Part shown: positions 1-10,497 of the stretch, piece by piece
Position numbering within the stretch: the first letter of the stretch is position 1
Layout: each line of letters begins with the position of its first letter
Origin: Oceanispirochaeta sp.
GTDB taxonomy: Bacteria > Spirochaetota > Spirochaetia > DSM-2461
Direction: 5' to 3'
NCBI GenBank assembly: GCA_963666275.2
Contig: CAXXOA010000001.1
Span: forward strand, 192,001 to 256,000
DNA: 64,000 nucleotides
Notes under the pieces: model-generated
Told to the model about the DNA's origin: nothing
Database searches by the model: none
What the model saw: the letters and a program-made list of their open reading frames with translations, nothing else
Translations under genes and position numbers: made by a program

Positions 1-908
1 ATGACAAACTCTTGGTCCAGGATTCCCGCTTCTCTGTCCTTTTTGTAGAAAGGGTAGAGGTACTGATCCATCCGTCCCAGCGAGAGGGAGTGGCCGTTGC
101 TCTCAATCTGAAGTACCACCTGGAGGAAAAAGGTGAGCTGCAGGGCCTGGTAGAAGGTGTCCGGGGCATCTCCGGCCACAAGTGCACAGTTCCGGGAAAT
201 CAGTTCCAGCTCCTGTTTCCGGGGCGATCCTGTTTCCTTTTCCGCCGTCTGGGCTGCCAGGGCTGAATAGCGGCGTATATAGGTCTGCAGCGCTTTCACA
301 GAGATGACCACGGCTCTGTAGAAGTGCTGTTTCCGGATACCCACTTCGCTTATCACGTCCACTTCTGCCAGTTTCTTTTCCGTTTCGGCTATATACCAGT
401 TCAGTCCTTTGGTGAGAATCGTTCTGAAATCCACGGCTATATGGGCGTCTCCGGAGGTAAGATTGCCTTCGGCTTTGATAATGGCAGTTTCATGGATTGC
501 CAGGAGGTCTTCCGACATAAGGGCCCGGCCTTTGTCCAGGGTGGTAATGCCGTCCCAGTAATCACAGATTTCCAGGAGTTTCTTCTTGGTTGGCTGATCC
601 GGATAAAAGGCATCTCCCTGACGTTTTTCAAAGTCATCTATCTCCTTGCGGATCCACTCTACCGCATATTCGGGAAAGATCGGCGCCGCATAGATAGCCG
701 AGGAGTGGTTGCCCACGATCAGATCTTCCGGTTCTATCTTCTGTGTCATCCCCTCCAGGGTATCTTTCAGGGCATAGGCCCGTTTCATGATCACAGGTTC
801 GGCCCTGTGTTCCCTGTAGGCTCTGGTATAGAATTCAGCCCTTTCTGTGCATATGGTGGGGCGGGTTTTCAGTATCCTCTCTTTGTAGAGGGCAATCCTT
901 TCTGTCAT
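1..908 (-). CDS. ybiW: Glycyl-radical enzyme, YbiW/PflF type (5' part; runs off the window)
   Basis: Not in the ORF track. Manual translation from ATG at 908 gives MTERIALYKERILKTRPTICTERA...AAPIFPEYAVEWI...IIKAEGNLTSGDAHIAV...QIESNGHSLSLGRMDQYLYPFY, which are YbiW-like GRE motifs. Lies directly downstream of a GRE activase. Confidence 0.88.
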   Translation of the reverse strand, partial: MTERIALYKERILKTRPTICTERAEFYTRAYREHRAEPVIMKRAYALKDTLEGMTQKIEPEDLIVGNHSSAIYAAPIFPEYAVEWIRKEIDDFEKRQGDAFYPDQPTKKKLLEICDYWDGITTLDKGRALMSEDLLAIHETAIIKAEGNLTSGDAHIAVDFRTILTKGLNWYIAETEKKLAEVDVISEVGIRKQHFYRAVVISVKALQTYIRRYSALAAQTAEKETGSPRKQELELISRNCALVAGDAPDTFYQALQLTFFLQVVLQIESNGHSLSLGRMDQYLYPFYKKDREAGILDQEFV

Positions 909-910
909 AT

Positions 911-1798
911 TCAGCCTCCGGCAGTGACGATTAAATCTCTCTCCCGGGCCATGCGCACATAAGGTTCCAGTTCTTCCGCGGGCATGGCTGTTTCGGGATG
1001 GGTATATTCTCTTTTCAGATTTCGGTATTTTCCGGCTCCCAGGGGATGGTACGCCATAAAATCCACGGCATAAACCGCATCCAGGGGCGCCAGAAAATCC
1101 AGAATGGATCCGATGGTTTCCCTGTGGTGATTGAATCCGTCAATCACGGGAATCCGGGCTCTTATGGGAGTTCCTGCGCGGGAGAGCCCTTTCAGGTTTT
1201 CCAGGATCAGATTAAGATCTCCTCCGGTGTGACGGGCGAAGATTTCAGGATCCCTGTGTTTGACATCGCAGAGAAACTCATCTGTCAGGGGTATAAGCTT
1301 TTCAATATTTTCCCAGGGAACATGAAGGCAGGTCTCTATGGACAGGTGGATCTCCTGTTTTCTGACTCCCTCCGCGATTTCCCGGCAGAGGCTGCTCTGC
1401 ATCAGAGGTTCGCCTCCCGAAAGGGTGACGCCGCCCTTTCCTGTGTAGAAAACCCGATCCTTAAGAACCTCCCGGACAATCTCATCTGCCGCTTTTTTTT
1501 CGCCTATAACCTGGAGCGCCCGGGAAGGGCAAATGTCTCTATAGGCTTCAGGATTGCCCGTCTGCCCGGGGAGGAACCTGATTTGATCATTTGCTTTCTG
1601 CATGGGGCCGTCGGGAAAGACAGCGGTACAGTCGGCGCATCCTATACAGAGAGAGCTCTCCCAGGAGAGTTCACTTGTGTATTTCTGGCTTTCCGGATTG
1701 CTGCACCAGCTGCATCTGAGGGGACAGCCTTTCAGAAATACCGTGGTTCTCAACCCGCTTCCGTCATGGAGGGAGTATCTCTGGATATTGAAAATCAC
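911..1798 (-). CDS. ybiY: Glycyl-radical enzyme activating protein (radical SAM), YbiY/PflE type
   Basis: FNIQRYSLHDG, CPLRCSWC (CxxxCxxC), ferredoxin-like insert CIGCADC...C, GGVTLSGGEP, ETCLHVPW. GTG start. Confidence 0.9.
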   Translation of the reverse strand: MIFNIQRYSLHDGSGLRTTVFLKGCPLRCSWCSNPESQKYTSELSWESSLCIGCADCTAVFPDGPMQKANDQIRFLPGQTGNPEAYRDICPSRALQVIGEKKAADEIVREVLKDRVFYTGKGGVTLSGGEPLMQSSLCREIAEGVRKQEIHLSIETCLHVPWENIEKLIPLTDEFLCDVKHRDPEIFARHTGGDLNLILENLKGLSRAGTPIRARIPVIDGFNHHRETIGSILDFLAPLDAVYAVDFMAYHPLGAGKYRNLKREYTHPETAMPAEELEPYVRMARERDLIVTAGG

Positions 1799-1928
1799 TC
1801 TTATCTTATCTCCTTGACTCTTATCCTATATATATTTCGAACGAAAGTCAAAATGCTTTGTATCGAAAATAAAGGAAATCCCTAAAAATCCCTTTTGCAA
1901 GGGATAACCCTGCTTTATACTGATACCC

Positions 1929-2672
1929 ATGATTGAACGGCATGAAAAGATTCTTCAACTGATAGAGAGGGAAAAAGATGTTTCTGTGAATGATCTATCT
2001 GAGCAGTGCGGCGTCTCTCTTGTAACAATCAGGAGCGATCTGAGGGCTCTGGAAGAACAGAACCTGCTGATTCGCACCCATGGCGGAGCGTCCCTTCCTT
2101 CGGTGGATGATATCAGCAGGCGCATGGGGATCAATCATAAGGCAAAACAGCGGATTGCCGCTGCCGCCGCCTCCCTTGTGAAAAAAGGCGACACCATTCT
2201 TCTGGAAGCGGGATCCTCCATTGCCCTTATGGCCCGGGAACTGGCTGTAAGGGAGGATATCAATGTCATTACCAACAACGCCTTTGTGGCCAGGCAGTTC
2301 AACGGTTCAAAGGGTATCAATGTGATCCTCCTGGGGGGGAAGTTCCAGCAGGAGAGCGAAACCATGGTGGGCCCTATGATTGCCGAGTATCTGAAATATT
2401 ACAACTTTTCCAAAGTGTTTCTGGGGCTGGACGGATTTACCCTGGATAAGGGCGCCATGTGCCGGGATATGGAGCGGGGAGAGGTAATGAAAGAGTTTAT
2501 CCGGCAGGGCAGGGAGATCTGCTTTCTCTCGGACTCCTCCAAGTTCGGTAAGACCGCCGTGAAAACAGTGTGCCCCCCCGAAGGTATGGATTATCTGATC
2601 ACCGACAGGGATCTGGCTGTGGATTATCGGGAGTATTTCAGGAGTGGGAATGTAGAGCTGTTGTGTCTCTGA
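1929..2672 (+). CDS. DeoR/GlpR-family transcriptional regulator
   Basis: HTH VSLVTIRSDLRALE, RTHGGA, and C-terminal DSSKFG. Divergent from the GRE genes. Confidence 0.95.
   Translation: MIERHEKILQLIEREKDVSVNDLSEQCGVSLVTIRSDLRALEEQNLLIRTHGGASLPSVDDISRRMGINHKAKQRIAAAAASLVKKGDTILLEAGSSIALMARELAVREDINVITNNAFVARQFNGSKGINVILLGGKFQQESETMVGPMIAEYLKYYNFSKVFLGLDGFTLDKGAMCRDMERGEVMKEFIRQGREICFLSDSSKFGKTAVKTVCPPEGMDYLITDRDLAVDYREYFRSGNVELLCL
2538..2672 (+). repeat. Left copy of a ~135-bp direct repeat (deoR 3' end)
   Basis: 2538-2642 matches 11861-11965 at 103/105 nt. The last 30 nt are colinear but diverged. Confidence 0.95.
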
Positions 2673-2733
2673 TATAGTGTAATGATCCACTGGTAAATAT
2701 TCGTAAAATGGGTTTAAAAAAATAAGATTTCAA

Positions 2734-2781
2734 TTGACAAGTCTTGATATCTGACATATTATATGAATGTAAACGTTTTCA
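2734..2781 (+). promoter_or_regulatory. Sigma70-type promoter with a LacI-family operator
   Basis: TTGACA (2734-2739), 17 nt spacer, TATTAT (2757-2762), followed by TGTAAACGTTTTCA (2768-2781). Confidence 0.75.
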
Positions 2782-2948
2782 GTTTTTGTTTACATTTTCT
2801 TCTCAAAGTGTAGCTTGAGATTTTATTTATGGATATAAAATAATGAAATATTAACTGTAATATAATGCCTAAATGGTGTATAATTCAGAGATGATAGGGA
2901 TATTGAGAAATGAATCAGAATTTTCCCTACTTTTTATTTTAGTTAAAA

Positions 2949-2962
2949 TGTAAACGTTTACG
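2949..2962. promoter_or_regulatory. Second LacI-family operator
   Basis: Perfect palindrome GTAAACGTTTAC (2950-2961) just upstream of the LacI gene. Confidence 0.75.
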
Positions 2963-2979
2963 GTATTTCTGAGGGTTTT

Positions 2980-3981
2980 ATGGATAAAAAAAGGGTTGAT
3001 ATAAGGAATGTTGCCAAAGAAGCTGGAGTCTCGATAGCAACGGTTTCAAGAGTGTTGAACAACACAGAAAAAGTGCGGGAGTCTACCAGAAAAAAGGTTT
3101 TGGAAAGTGTTGAAAAACTTGGGTACAGGCAAAATGCTATTGCAAAGAGTCTGAGGAGTAAAACAACTCAGTATATTGGTATTATAGTTCCAGAAATTGA
3201 GCACGAGTATTTTACTATAATTGCAAAGTGGATAGAAAACCTACTTCAGCAGTATGATTATGGTGTTTTTATAGTTTCTATTGAAGGAAATAATGATAAG
3301 GCTATCTGGTATACGAAACTGTTTTTAGATCATGCGGTTCAGGGAATTGTTTCATTAGTAGATAATGCAGATGTTATCAAACTAATCCAGAAAGCCGGAA
3401 TTCCTCTGGTCATTGCAGACAGAATTGAAAAGGTTGAAGATCTTGGTCATGTCTCGTATGTAGGCAGTGACAACGCAGAGGGCGGTAAAATTGCGGGCTT
3501 TGAGATGGCAAGAAGAAAGGTTAACAAGATTGCAATAATGCGTGATAAGAGAGAAATCCTCAATGTGAATGAGCGGGTAGAGGGGATTCTTTCGGCGTTA
3601 AATGATTCCGGATATCAAAAAGGAAATATACGGATCCTGAATACAAAAATTGACAGGGAGTACATTTCAGAAGTATTGAATAAAAATTATGAACAGTGGC
3701 CTTTTGACGGTTTGATATGTACATCAGATTATATTGCACTCACCGCTATGGCCAGTCTGCTTCATCGGGGATTAAAAATTCCTGAGGATGTCCAAGTGAT
3801 AGGTTATGATGGAATACCTTCGGTTAATTATTTTTATCCAACTTTGTCGACAGTTACTCAAGATCTTCAGGCTATGGGAGAAAAAATTGGTCAGATTATG
3901 CATAAAATGCTGCTTAACAGTAGTTATACTGAGTACTGCAAAATACCGGTTGAGTTCGTGAAAGGCGGATCAATACTCTAA
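2980..3981 (+). CDS. LacI-family transcriptional regulator
   Basis: IRNVAKEAGVSIATVSRVLN HTH; IPEDVQVIGYDG. Confidence 0.96.
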   Translation: MDKKRVDIRNVAKEAGVSIATVSRVLNNTEKVRESTRKKVLESVEKLGYRQNAIAKSLRSKTTQYIGIIVPEIEHEYFTIIAKWIENLLQQYDYGVFIVSIEGNNDKAIWYTKLFLDHAVQGIVSLVDNADVIKLIQKAGIPLVIADRIEKVEDLGHVSYVGSDNAEGGKIAGFEMARRKVNKIAIMRDKREILNVNERVEGILSALNDSGYQKGNIRILNTKIDREYISEVLNKNYEQWPFDGLICTSDYIALTAMASLLHRGLKIPEDVQVIGYDGIPSVNYFYPTLSTVTQDLQAMGEKIGQIMHKMLLNSSYTEYCKIPVEFVKGGSIL

Positions 3982-4065
3982 TTTCAAGATATATCAGACA
4001 TAGTATCTCAATATCGTAATCAATGGTGCGTTATGCGCTATTAAATATTAAGGAGGAAGTTTAAG

Positions 4066-5100
4066 ATGAGTCTTAAAACTGCCAGAATTATTAAAAAACT
4101 AGTTGTTGTTAGTGTTGTCCTGTTGGCGTTTGGATGTACGAAACTTGAAACGGGTCAAAAGCAGGCTGCTTCTGCTGCTCCGGTAGCTGAAGGTGAAAAA
4201 GGTTCCCCTGAGGGGCTGGTAATTGGTGTATCCAACCGAGATATGAATGAGTATTTTGGTACAATTTCCAATGCGATTAAAGCAGAAGGAGAAAAAGCTG
4301 GATTTAAAGTTATTCTGACTGACGCTCAGAATGATTTGACAAAACAGCTTCAGGATTGTGAAGATCTTATGTCTTCAGGCATCGATTTCCTGGTATTCAA
4401 TCCTCAGGATCCTGCTGCGGGAACGCAGATAGTCAAGAAAGCAAATTCCCTTGGGATTCCGGTTATCACATTTGACAGTGGTCTTCAGGGAGAACCAGAA
4501 ATCCTTACTCAGGTGAGAGCTCAGAACTATGAGGGAAGTGTTCTGACTGGTGAATATGCCGGAGAGATTATGGGAGCAGAACCCGTGAAAATGGCTATTG
4601 TCAGCGGTTCTCAGGGAAATGTTGTTTCGCTGGATAGAAGAATGGGGTTTCTTGATGGACTTAATGAATATAGATTGAGAAACTATGGTTCTTCTGACGT
4701 TGAAATTGTTTCCCAGCTGTTTGGTGACTGGAATCAGGAAGGCGGCCGGAATGCCATGGAAGATATCCTCGTCGCCCATCCCGATATCAATATGGTGTAT
4801 GCAGAAAGTGATGCCATGGTTATCGGTATGATCAGAGCCATCAAGAGTGCAAATAAATTGGATCAGATTAAAACATTCAGCTTTGATGGAAATAAATTTG
4901 CCTATAAAGCGATTATGGACGAAGACCTTCTGGCAACAAGTGAAAATAGTCCTTACTTAATCGGTAAAAAAGCAGTTGATATACTGCAGGAGTATGTTGT
5001 TGATGGCAGACGTGCTTTCCCCGGCGTAACATATGTTAGAAAGCTGCTTGTCACCGAGGATAATGCTGCAGACGTGTACGATCCGGATTCTCCTTTCTGA
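4066..5100 (+). CDS. Sugar ABC transporter substrate-binding lipoprotein (RbsB-like)
   Basis: Lipobox-like LAFGC; TDAQND, GIPVITFD; first gene of an ABC cassette. Confidence 0.92.
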   Translation: MSLKTARIIKKLVVVSVVLLAFGCTKLETGQKQAASAAPVAEGEKGSPEGLVIGVSNRDMNEYFGTISNAIKAEGEKAGFKVILTDAQNDLTKQLQDCEDLMSSGIDFLVFNPQDPAAGTQIVKKANSLGIPVITFDSGLQGEPEILTQVRAQNYEGSVLTGEYAGEIMGAEPVKMAIVSGSQGNVVSLDRRMGFLDGLNEYRLRNYGSSDVEIVSQLFGDWNQEGGRNAMEDILVAHPDINMVYAESDAMVIGMIRAIKSANKLDQIKTFSFDGNKFAYKAIMDEDLLATSENSPYLIGKKAVDILQEYVVDGRRAFPGVTYVRKLLVTEDNAADVYDPDSPF

Positions 5101-5114
5101 TTGTATTCAATGAT

Positions 5115-5147
5115 ATATGCAGCGGTATGTTTTATATTGCTGCATAT
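5115..5147 (+). terminator. Intercistronic stem-loop after the SBP gene (stabiliser or attenuator)
   Basis: ATATGCAGC...GCTGCATAT inverted repeat. Confidence 0.55.
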
Positions 5148-5178
5148 GCTCTAATTTTGTCATGGAGAACATTAAGTA

Positions 5179-6702
5179 ATGATTCAGAATGCAATAGAAA
5201 TTGATAAAGTAAATAAGCACTTCGGCGGAATAAAAGCGTTAAACGGAATCACTCTTTCTGTAAGAGAAAATGAATTTCATTCTATTATTGGTGAGAATGG
5301 TGCTGGTAAATCGACACTGATGAAGATCCTTTCAGGGGCCTACAAAAAAGATTCTGGCTTAATCAAAATCTTCGGTAATGAAACTGATATCGGGAATCCG
5401 ATTCTCAGTAGAAAACTGGGTATCGGAATTATTTATCAGGAATTTTCTCTTGCCAATGATCTCAGCATTGCAGAGAATATCTTTCTTGGAAATCTCAGTA
5501 AAGATTCAAATCCTTTAACAATAAATTTCAAAGCTCTCTATAAAAAGTCAAAAGAACTTCTGAACTCACTGGGCTTTGACCTGAATCCTAAAAAACAGGT
5601 AGGCACTCTACCTGTGGCATATCAGCAGATTGTAGAAATTGCCAAGGCATTAAGCCAGGATGCGAAAATTCTTATTCTGGATGAACCGACAGCGGTTCTG
5701 ACAGATCCTGAAATTGACAAATTATTTGAGTTACTCAATCGTTTGAAAGAACAGGGTGTAACAATAATCTATATATCCCACAGACTGGACGAAGTATTCA
5801 AACTTTCAGATAGAGTTTCTGTCTTGAAAGATGGTAATTTCATTGCCACAAAAGAGATCAGTGATATTAACAAAGATATTGCCATCTCTTTAATGACAGG
5901 GCGGGATTTTTCTTCTCTATTTCCTCCTAAGTCTGAGAAAACTCTGGGAGATGAAATCCTTTCAGTAGTCAATCTCTCGGCCAGTAATGGTATCCACAAT
6001 ATTAATCTGAGCCTTCGGAAAGGTGAAATTATCGGACTATCAGGACTTGTGGGTGCTGGAAGAACAGAGTTTGCAAAAGCACTGTTCGGGATTGATAAAA
6101 TCACCTCAGGAACAATCAAAATTAATGGAAAAGAGGCTCTTATAAGGAATATCATTTCAGCCAAAAAATATGGGATTGGACTCATCCCGGAAGATAGAAA
6201 AAAACAGGGGCTTATTCTGGAGATGAGTACAGCAGAGAATATGACGATGGCAAAAATATTTGATGTCCTCAGATTCAAGTTGCTTCTCAATAGTCAAAGG
6301 GAATCCGCCATTACCAGAGAATATATTGAAAAGGTAAAAATAAAAGTTCCCAGTATTAAATCATCAGTGGGATCGTTGTCCGGTGGTAATCAGCAAAAGG
6401 TTGTTATCTCCAAATGGTTAAATACAAACAGCCAGATTCTGATATTGGATGAACCGACAAGAGGTGTGGATGTCGGAGCTAAATACGAAATCTATCAGCT
6501 TATCAACACTCTTGCAGAACAGGGGTTTGGTATCATCTTCATTTCTTCGGAATTACCGGAAATCATAGGTATTTCGGATAGAGTTCTTGTTTTCAATGAG
6601 GGAACAATTTCGGGAGAATTGAATGGTAGTGAAATAACAGAAAAGAGAATTATGGATCTTTCCATACCAACGAGCAGGAAATCAGGAGGAGTCGAAAAAT
6701 GA
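5179..6702 (+). CDS. Sugar ABC transporter ATP-binding protein (RbsA/MglA-like)
   Basis: GENGAGKST, LDEPT twice, LSGGNQQK. Confidence 0.97.
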   Translation: MIQNAIEIDKVNKHFGGIKALNGITLSVRENEFHSIIGENGAGKSTLMKILSGAYKKDSGLIKIFGNETDIGNPILSRKLGIGIIYQEFSLANDLSIAENIFLGNLSKDSNPLTINFKALYKKSKELLNSLGFDLNPKKQVGTLPVAYQQIVEIAKALSQDAKILILDEPTAVLTDPEIDKLFELLNRLKEQGVTIIYISHRLDEVFKLSDRVSVLKDGNFIATKEISDINKDIAISLMTGRDFSSLFPPKSEKTLGDEILSVVNLSASNGIHNINLSLRKGEIIGLSGLVGAGRTEFAKALFGIDKITSGTIKINGKEALIRNIISAKKYGIGLIPEDRKKQGLILEMSTAENMTMAKIFDVLRFKLLLNSQRESAITREYIEKVKIKVPSIKSSVGSLSGGNQQKVVISKWLNTNSQILILDEPTRGVDVGAKYEIYQLINTLAEQGFGIIFISSELPEIIGISDRVLVFNEGTISGELNGSEITEKRIMDLSIPTSRKSGGVEK

Positions 6703-7652
6703 CCGCTACATTAAAAAATACAAGGAACTTTCTGTTTAACAACATCGTTCTTGTTGTATTCTTTTTTATGATAATTTTTGCTGGATTTTCATCCAGAAAT
6801 TTTTACACTTACACGAATATTATTAACATTCTTAACCAGGTTTCCTATCTTGGGATTATTGCCTGTGGTATGCTCTTTGTCATCTTAACTTCAGGAATAG
6901 ATCTCTCTGTCGGTTCTATTTTGGCGTTAAGCTCCATAATTATAGCTGTGAATCTGGAAAATCTGGGACATAGTCTTCCTTACAGTATTCTTTTAGCTGT
7001 ATTTGCGGGTGCAGCAGCAGGACTCATTTCAGGGTTTCTTGTTGCAAAAGCCAATATCGCTCCTTTTGTCGTAACTCTAGCCATGATGACAATAGGAAGG
7101 GGTGTTGCATTGATCATTTCAAAGGGAAGACCAATACTTGTATCAAATGATTTCCTGGCCAATTTTGCACTTATGGGAGTTTTGGGGATACCTGCTCCGG
7201 TAATTGTGCTAGCTGTTTTTGTAGTCTTTTCCTGGTTTATCCTTCAGAAAACTGTTATCGGTAGAATCATTATTGCTATAGGCAGCAATGAAACGGCAAC
7301 TGAGTATGCGGGAATCAAGGTCTCACTGTATAAGATCTTTGTATATGTCTATTCGGGAATTGCCTGTGGTATCAGTTCTATCATACTGGTTTCGAGGACT
7401 GGTGTCGGATCCCCCATCCTGGGAGAGGGACTTGAATTGGACACCATTGCCGCCGTTGTCATTGGTGGTGCCAGTCTGGCCGGTGGAAAAGGTAAAGTTC
7501 TCAATACTGTTCTGGGAGCTCTTATTCTTGGAATTATATCAAATATCATGAACCTGCTCGGCATTCCCGGATATAACCAGAGGGTTGTGAAAGGATTAAT
7601 CATTCTTGCGGCAGTTCTTGCAGAAAGTCTGAAATCAAAAAAATCCAACTAG
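6699..7652 (+). CDS. Sugar ABC transporter permease (RbsC-like)
   Basis: GIDLSVGS, ELDTIAAVVIGGASLAGG; hydrophobic. Confidence 0.96.
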   Translation: MTATLKNTRNFLFNNIVLVVFFFMIIFAGFSSRNFYTYTNIINILNQVSYLGIIACGMLFVILTSGIDLSVGSILALSSIIIAVNLENLGHSLPYSILLAVFAGAAAGLISGFLVAKANIAPFVVTLAMMTIGRGVALIISKGRPILVSNDFLANFALMGVLGIPAPVIVLAVFVVFSWFILQKTVIGRIIIAIGSNETATEYAGIKVSLYKIFVYVYSGIACGISSIILVSRTGVGSPILGEGLELDTIAAVVIGGASLAGGKGKVLNTVLGALILGIISNIMNLLGIPGYNQRVVKGLIILAAVLAESLKSKKSN

Positions 7653-7676
7653 ATAAAAAAGTAAGGAGTCTAAATT

Positions 7677-8450
7677 ATGAATAATTTTTTGAATAACCTT
7701 TATAAACTTGAAGGCAAAACTGCCTATATCACCGGGGGAGCCCAGGGAATCGGCTATACCGTAGCAAAAGGTTTTGCCAACTGCGGTGTTAATATTGCCA
7801 TAGTTGATCAGAATCTTGAAAAGGCTGAGACAGTTGCCCAGGAGATTGAAAAACTCGGTGTTTCTTCAATTGCTGTGAAGGCAGATGTCACTTCCCAATC
7901 AGATGTCGATAAAATGATTGACACAATTGTAAAGAAATTCGGAAGTCTGGATATAGCGGTTAATAATGCAGGGATCGGGAAAAATGTAGAAAGTGAAAGC
8001 ATCGAATATGAGGACTGGCAGAAAGTTATTGATGTCAATCTGGCCGGTGTTTTTCTGACCGCAAGAGCAGCAGGCCGCTATATGATTTCCAAGGGTAAAG
8101 GTTCCATAATCAACACAGCTTCTATGTCAGGCCATATCGTTAATCGCCCTCAGCCTCAGAGTGCCTATAATGCGTCAAAAGCGGGCGTTATTATGCTGAC
8201 TAAATCTCTTGCCGTAGAATGGGCGTCAAAGGGTGTGAGGGTAAATTGTATCAGTCCCGGATATATTGAAACAGAATTGACTGTCCATCAGAAAAAAGAG
8301 TGGATTGATTCCTGGATGGATCAGAGTGTTATGCCAAGACTGGGACAGACTGAAGATCTGGTCGGTGCCTATCTTTATCTGGCAGGAGAGGCGTCTCTCT
8401 TTACTACAGGAACAGATATTGTTGTTGATGGCGGATTTACCTCTGTCTGA
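7677..8450 (+). CDS. SDR-family polyol dehydrogenase / ketose reductase
   Basis: TGGAQGIG, NNAG, and IVNRPQPQSAYNASK (YxxxK), typical of the arabitol/sorbose-reductase-like subgroup. Confidence 0.88.
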   Translation: MNNFLNNLYKLEGKTAYITGGAQGIGYTVAKGFANCGVNIAIVDQNLEKAETVAQEIEKLGVSSIAVKADVTSQSDVDKMIDTIVKKFGSLDIAVNNAGIGKNVESESIEYEDWQKVIDVNLAGVFLTARAAGRYMISKGKGSIINTASMSGHIVNRPQPQSAYNASKAGVIMLTKSLAVEWASKGVRVNCISPGYIETELTVHQKKEWIDSWMDQSVMPRLGQTEDLVGAYLYLAGEASLFTTGTDIVVDGGFTSV

Positions 8451-8470
8451 CAGTTACCCGGGAGTTCTAA

Positions 8471-9505
8471 ATGAAAGCTTTATATTTACTTGAAAAAGGA
8501 AAACTATCCATTGACGAATATTCAGAAGAATCTATCTTGGGTACTGATGATGTAAAAATCAGAATTGAGAAGGTTGGTATCTGTGGTAGTGATATCCACT
8601 ATTATAAGAACGGGCGTATTGGACAATACATTGTCAATCAGCCCATGATATTGGGGCATGAAGCATCAGGAACAGTGATTGAGGTTGGGAAAAATGTATC
8701 AAATCTAGCTGTCGGCGACAGAGTTTGTATGGAACCGGGAATCCCTGACTTTAAGTCACGGTCCACTCTCATCGGCGCCTATAATCTTGATCCTGCATTA
8801 ACTTTCTGGGCAACACCGCCGGTTCATGGATGTCTGAGAGAAACTGTTATTCATCCGGCTTCTCTGACATTTAAGCTGCCCGATCATATGAGTTTTGAAG
8901 AGGGCGCAATGGTAGAACCTCTTGCTATCGGTATGCAGGCATCTGTTAAAGCTGAAATCAAGCCTGGTGATATTGCGCTTGTAACAGGAGCAGGGACAAT
9001 TGGACTTATGTCTGCGCTGTCTCTTCTGGCAGGCGGATGTTCTCAGGTTGTTATCACGGATATCTCAGAGAAGAAGCTTAAAATCGCTGGCGCTTTTGAA
9101 GGTTTGATACCGGTTAACAGTAATGAAAAAAATCTTTCAGAAATAAAAAATGAGTTTACAGATAACTGGGGATTTGATGTTGTTGTTGAAGCCAGTGGTT
9201 CCAAATCCCTGTATCCATCGGTGATCCGGGTCTGTGCTCCTCTTGGAAGATTTGTCATGGTAGGAATTCCTTCTGAAGCAGTACCTATTGACGTCTCGGA
9301 CGCTCAGGTTCGGGAAGTTGAGATAAGGGCGGTGAACAGATACTGCAACGTCTATAACCGGGCAATAAATCTGATTGCATCTGGAAAAATTGATGTAAAG
9401 AAAATGATTGGAAAAACTTTTTCCTTAGATGAAGCGATACAGGCCTATGAGTACGTTTCATCCGGTGGAGAGGGAGAAGTTAAAGTAATGATCAGTTTAA
9501 GCTGA
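8471..9505 (+). CDS. Zn-dependent polyol (xylitol/sorbitol-type) dehydrogenase
   Basis: [20 protein letters not shown]; the structural-Zn Cys cluster is absent. Confidence 0.9.
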   Translation: MKALYLLEKGKLSIDEYSEESILGTDDVKIRIEKVGICGSDIHYYKNGRIGQYIVNQPMILGHEASGTVIEVGKNVSNLAVGDRVCMEPGIPDFKSRSTLIGAYNLDPALTFWATPPVHGCLRETVIHPASLTFKLPDHMSFEEGAMVEPLAIGMQASVKAEIKPGDIALVTGAGTIGLMSALSLLAGGCSQVVITDISEKKLKIAGAFEGLIPVNSNEKNLSEIKNEFTDNWGFDVVVEASGSKSLYPSVIRVCAPLGRFVMVGIPSEAVPIDVSDAQVREVEIRAVNRYCNVYNRAINLIASGKIDVKKMIGKTFSLDEAIQAYEYVSSGGEGEVKVMISLS

Positions 9506-9559
9506 CATTGAATCAATATTATTGAAATAAGTTATTAAAATATTGGGGAGAAAAGTTAA

Positions 9560-10426
9560 ATGAAGCATGGAATATATTACGCATTCTGGGAACAGGAATG
9601 GGATGGCGATTATATACACTATATAAAAAAAGTATCAAAAATCGGATTTGATATTCTGGAAATAGCAGCACACCAGATCCTGAACTATTCTGATAGTCAG
9701 CTTTCAGATATAAGGAAATGTGCTGAAGATCATAATATACAGCTTACTGCTGGAATTGGTCCGACTATAGATAGAAATCTTTCATCAGCGGATGATTCTG
9801 TGAGAGAAGCAGGAAGAGAGTACTTTAAAAATACTCTGCAGCAGATTGCAAAGTTAGATATAAGTATAATTGGAGGAGCTCTGTATTCCTATTGGCCGAT
9901 TGATTATACAAAACCTGTAGACAAAGAGGGTGATCGGGCCCGTGGAATTAAAGAGATTCGGGAGCTGGCAGATTATGCCAAAGGTTTGGGAATAAACCTC
10001 TGTTTGGAAGTTCTAAACCGCTTTGAAAATCATATTCTTAACACCGCAGAAGAAGGTGTCGCCTATGTCAAGGAAGTGGGAAAAGACAATGTGAAAGTGA
10101 TGCTTGATACATTTCACATGAACATTGAAGAGGATAGTATTTCCGGTGCCATACGGACTGCCGGTTCTCTTTTGGGACATTTCCATACAGGTGAGTGCAA
10201 TAGAAAAGTCCCCGGGAAAGGAAGAACTCCCTGGAGAGAAATCGGAGAAGCCTTAAGGGATATAAACTATGATGGTGGGGTTGTGATGGAACCTTTTGTT
10301 AAGATGGGGGGCACCGTCGGAAATGACATCAAGGTTTGGAGAGACCTCAGCAATGGCGCTGATGAAAGTGTTCTGGATAAAGCAGCCTCGGATGCCTTGA
10401 TCTTTTCCCGGTATATGATGGACTAG
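9560..10426 (+). CDS. dpe: D-psicose (allulose)/D-tagatose 3-epimerase family
   Basis: MKHGIYYAFWEQEW N-terminus; metal/catalytic motifs LEVLNRFE, LDTFHMN, HFHTGE, VMEPF. Confidence 0.9.
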   Translation: MKHGIYYAFWEQEWDGDYIHYIKKVSKIGFDILEIAAHQILNYSDSQLSDIRKCAEDHNIQLTAGIGPTIDRNLSSADDSVREAGREYFKNTLQQIAKLDISIIGGALYSYWPIDYTKPVDKEGDRARGIKEIRELADYAKGLGINLCLEVLNRFENHILNTAEEGVAYVKEVGKDNVKVMLDTFHMNIEEDSISGAIRTAGSLLGHFHTGECNRKVPGKGRTPWREIGEALRDINYDGGVVMEPFVKMGGTVGNDIKVWRDLSNGADESVLDKAASDALIFSRYMMD

Positions 10427-10497
10427 CTCCGGAACAAATCCACAACTAACATTAGATTGCCCTGTTCCGGAAGGAAAAAAATGACAATGAGGAAATT

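Noticed and set aside
324..1885. Long plus-strand ORFs 324-962 and 998-1885
   Set aside because: They are antisense shadows of the GRE and its activase and carry no motifs.
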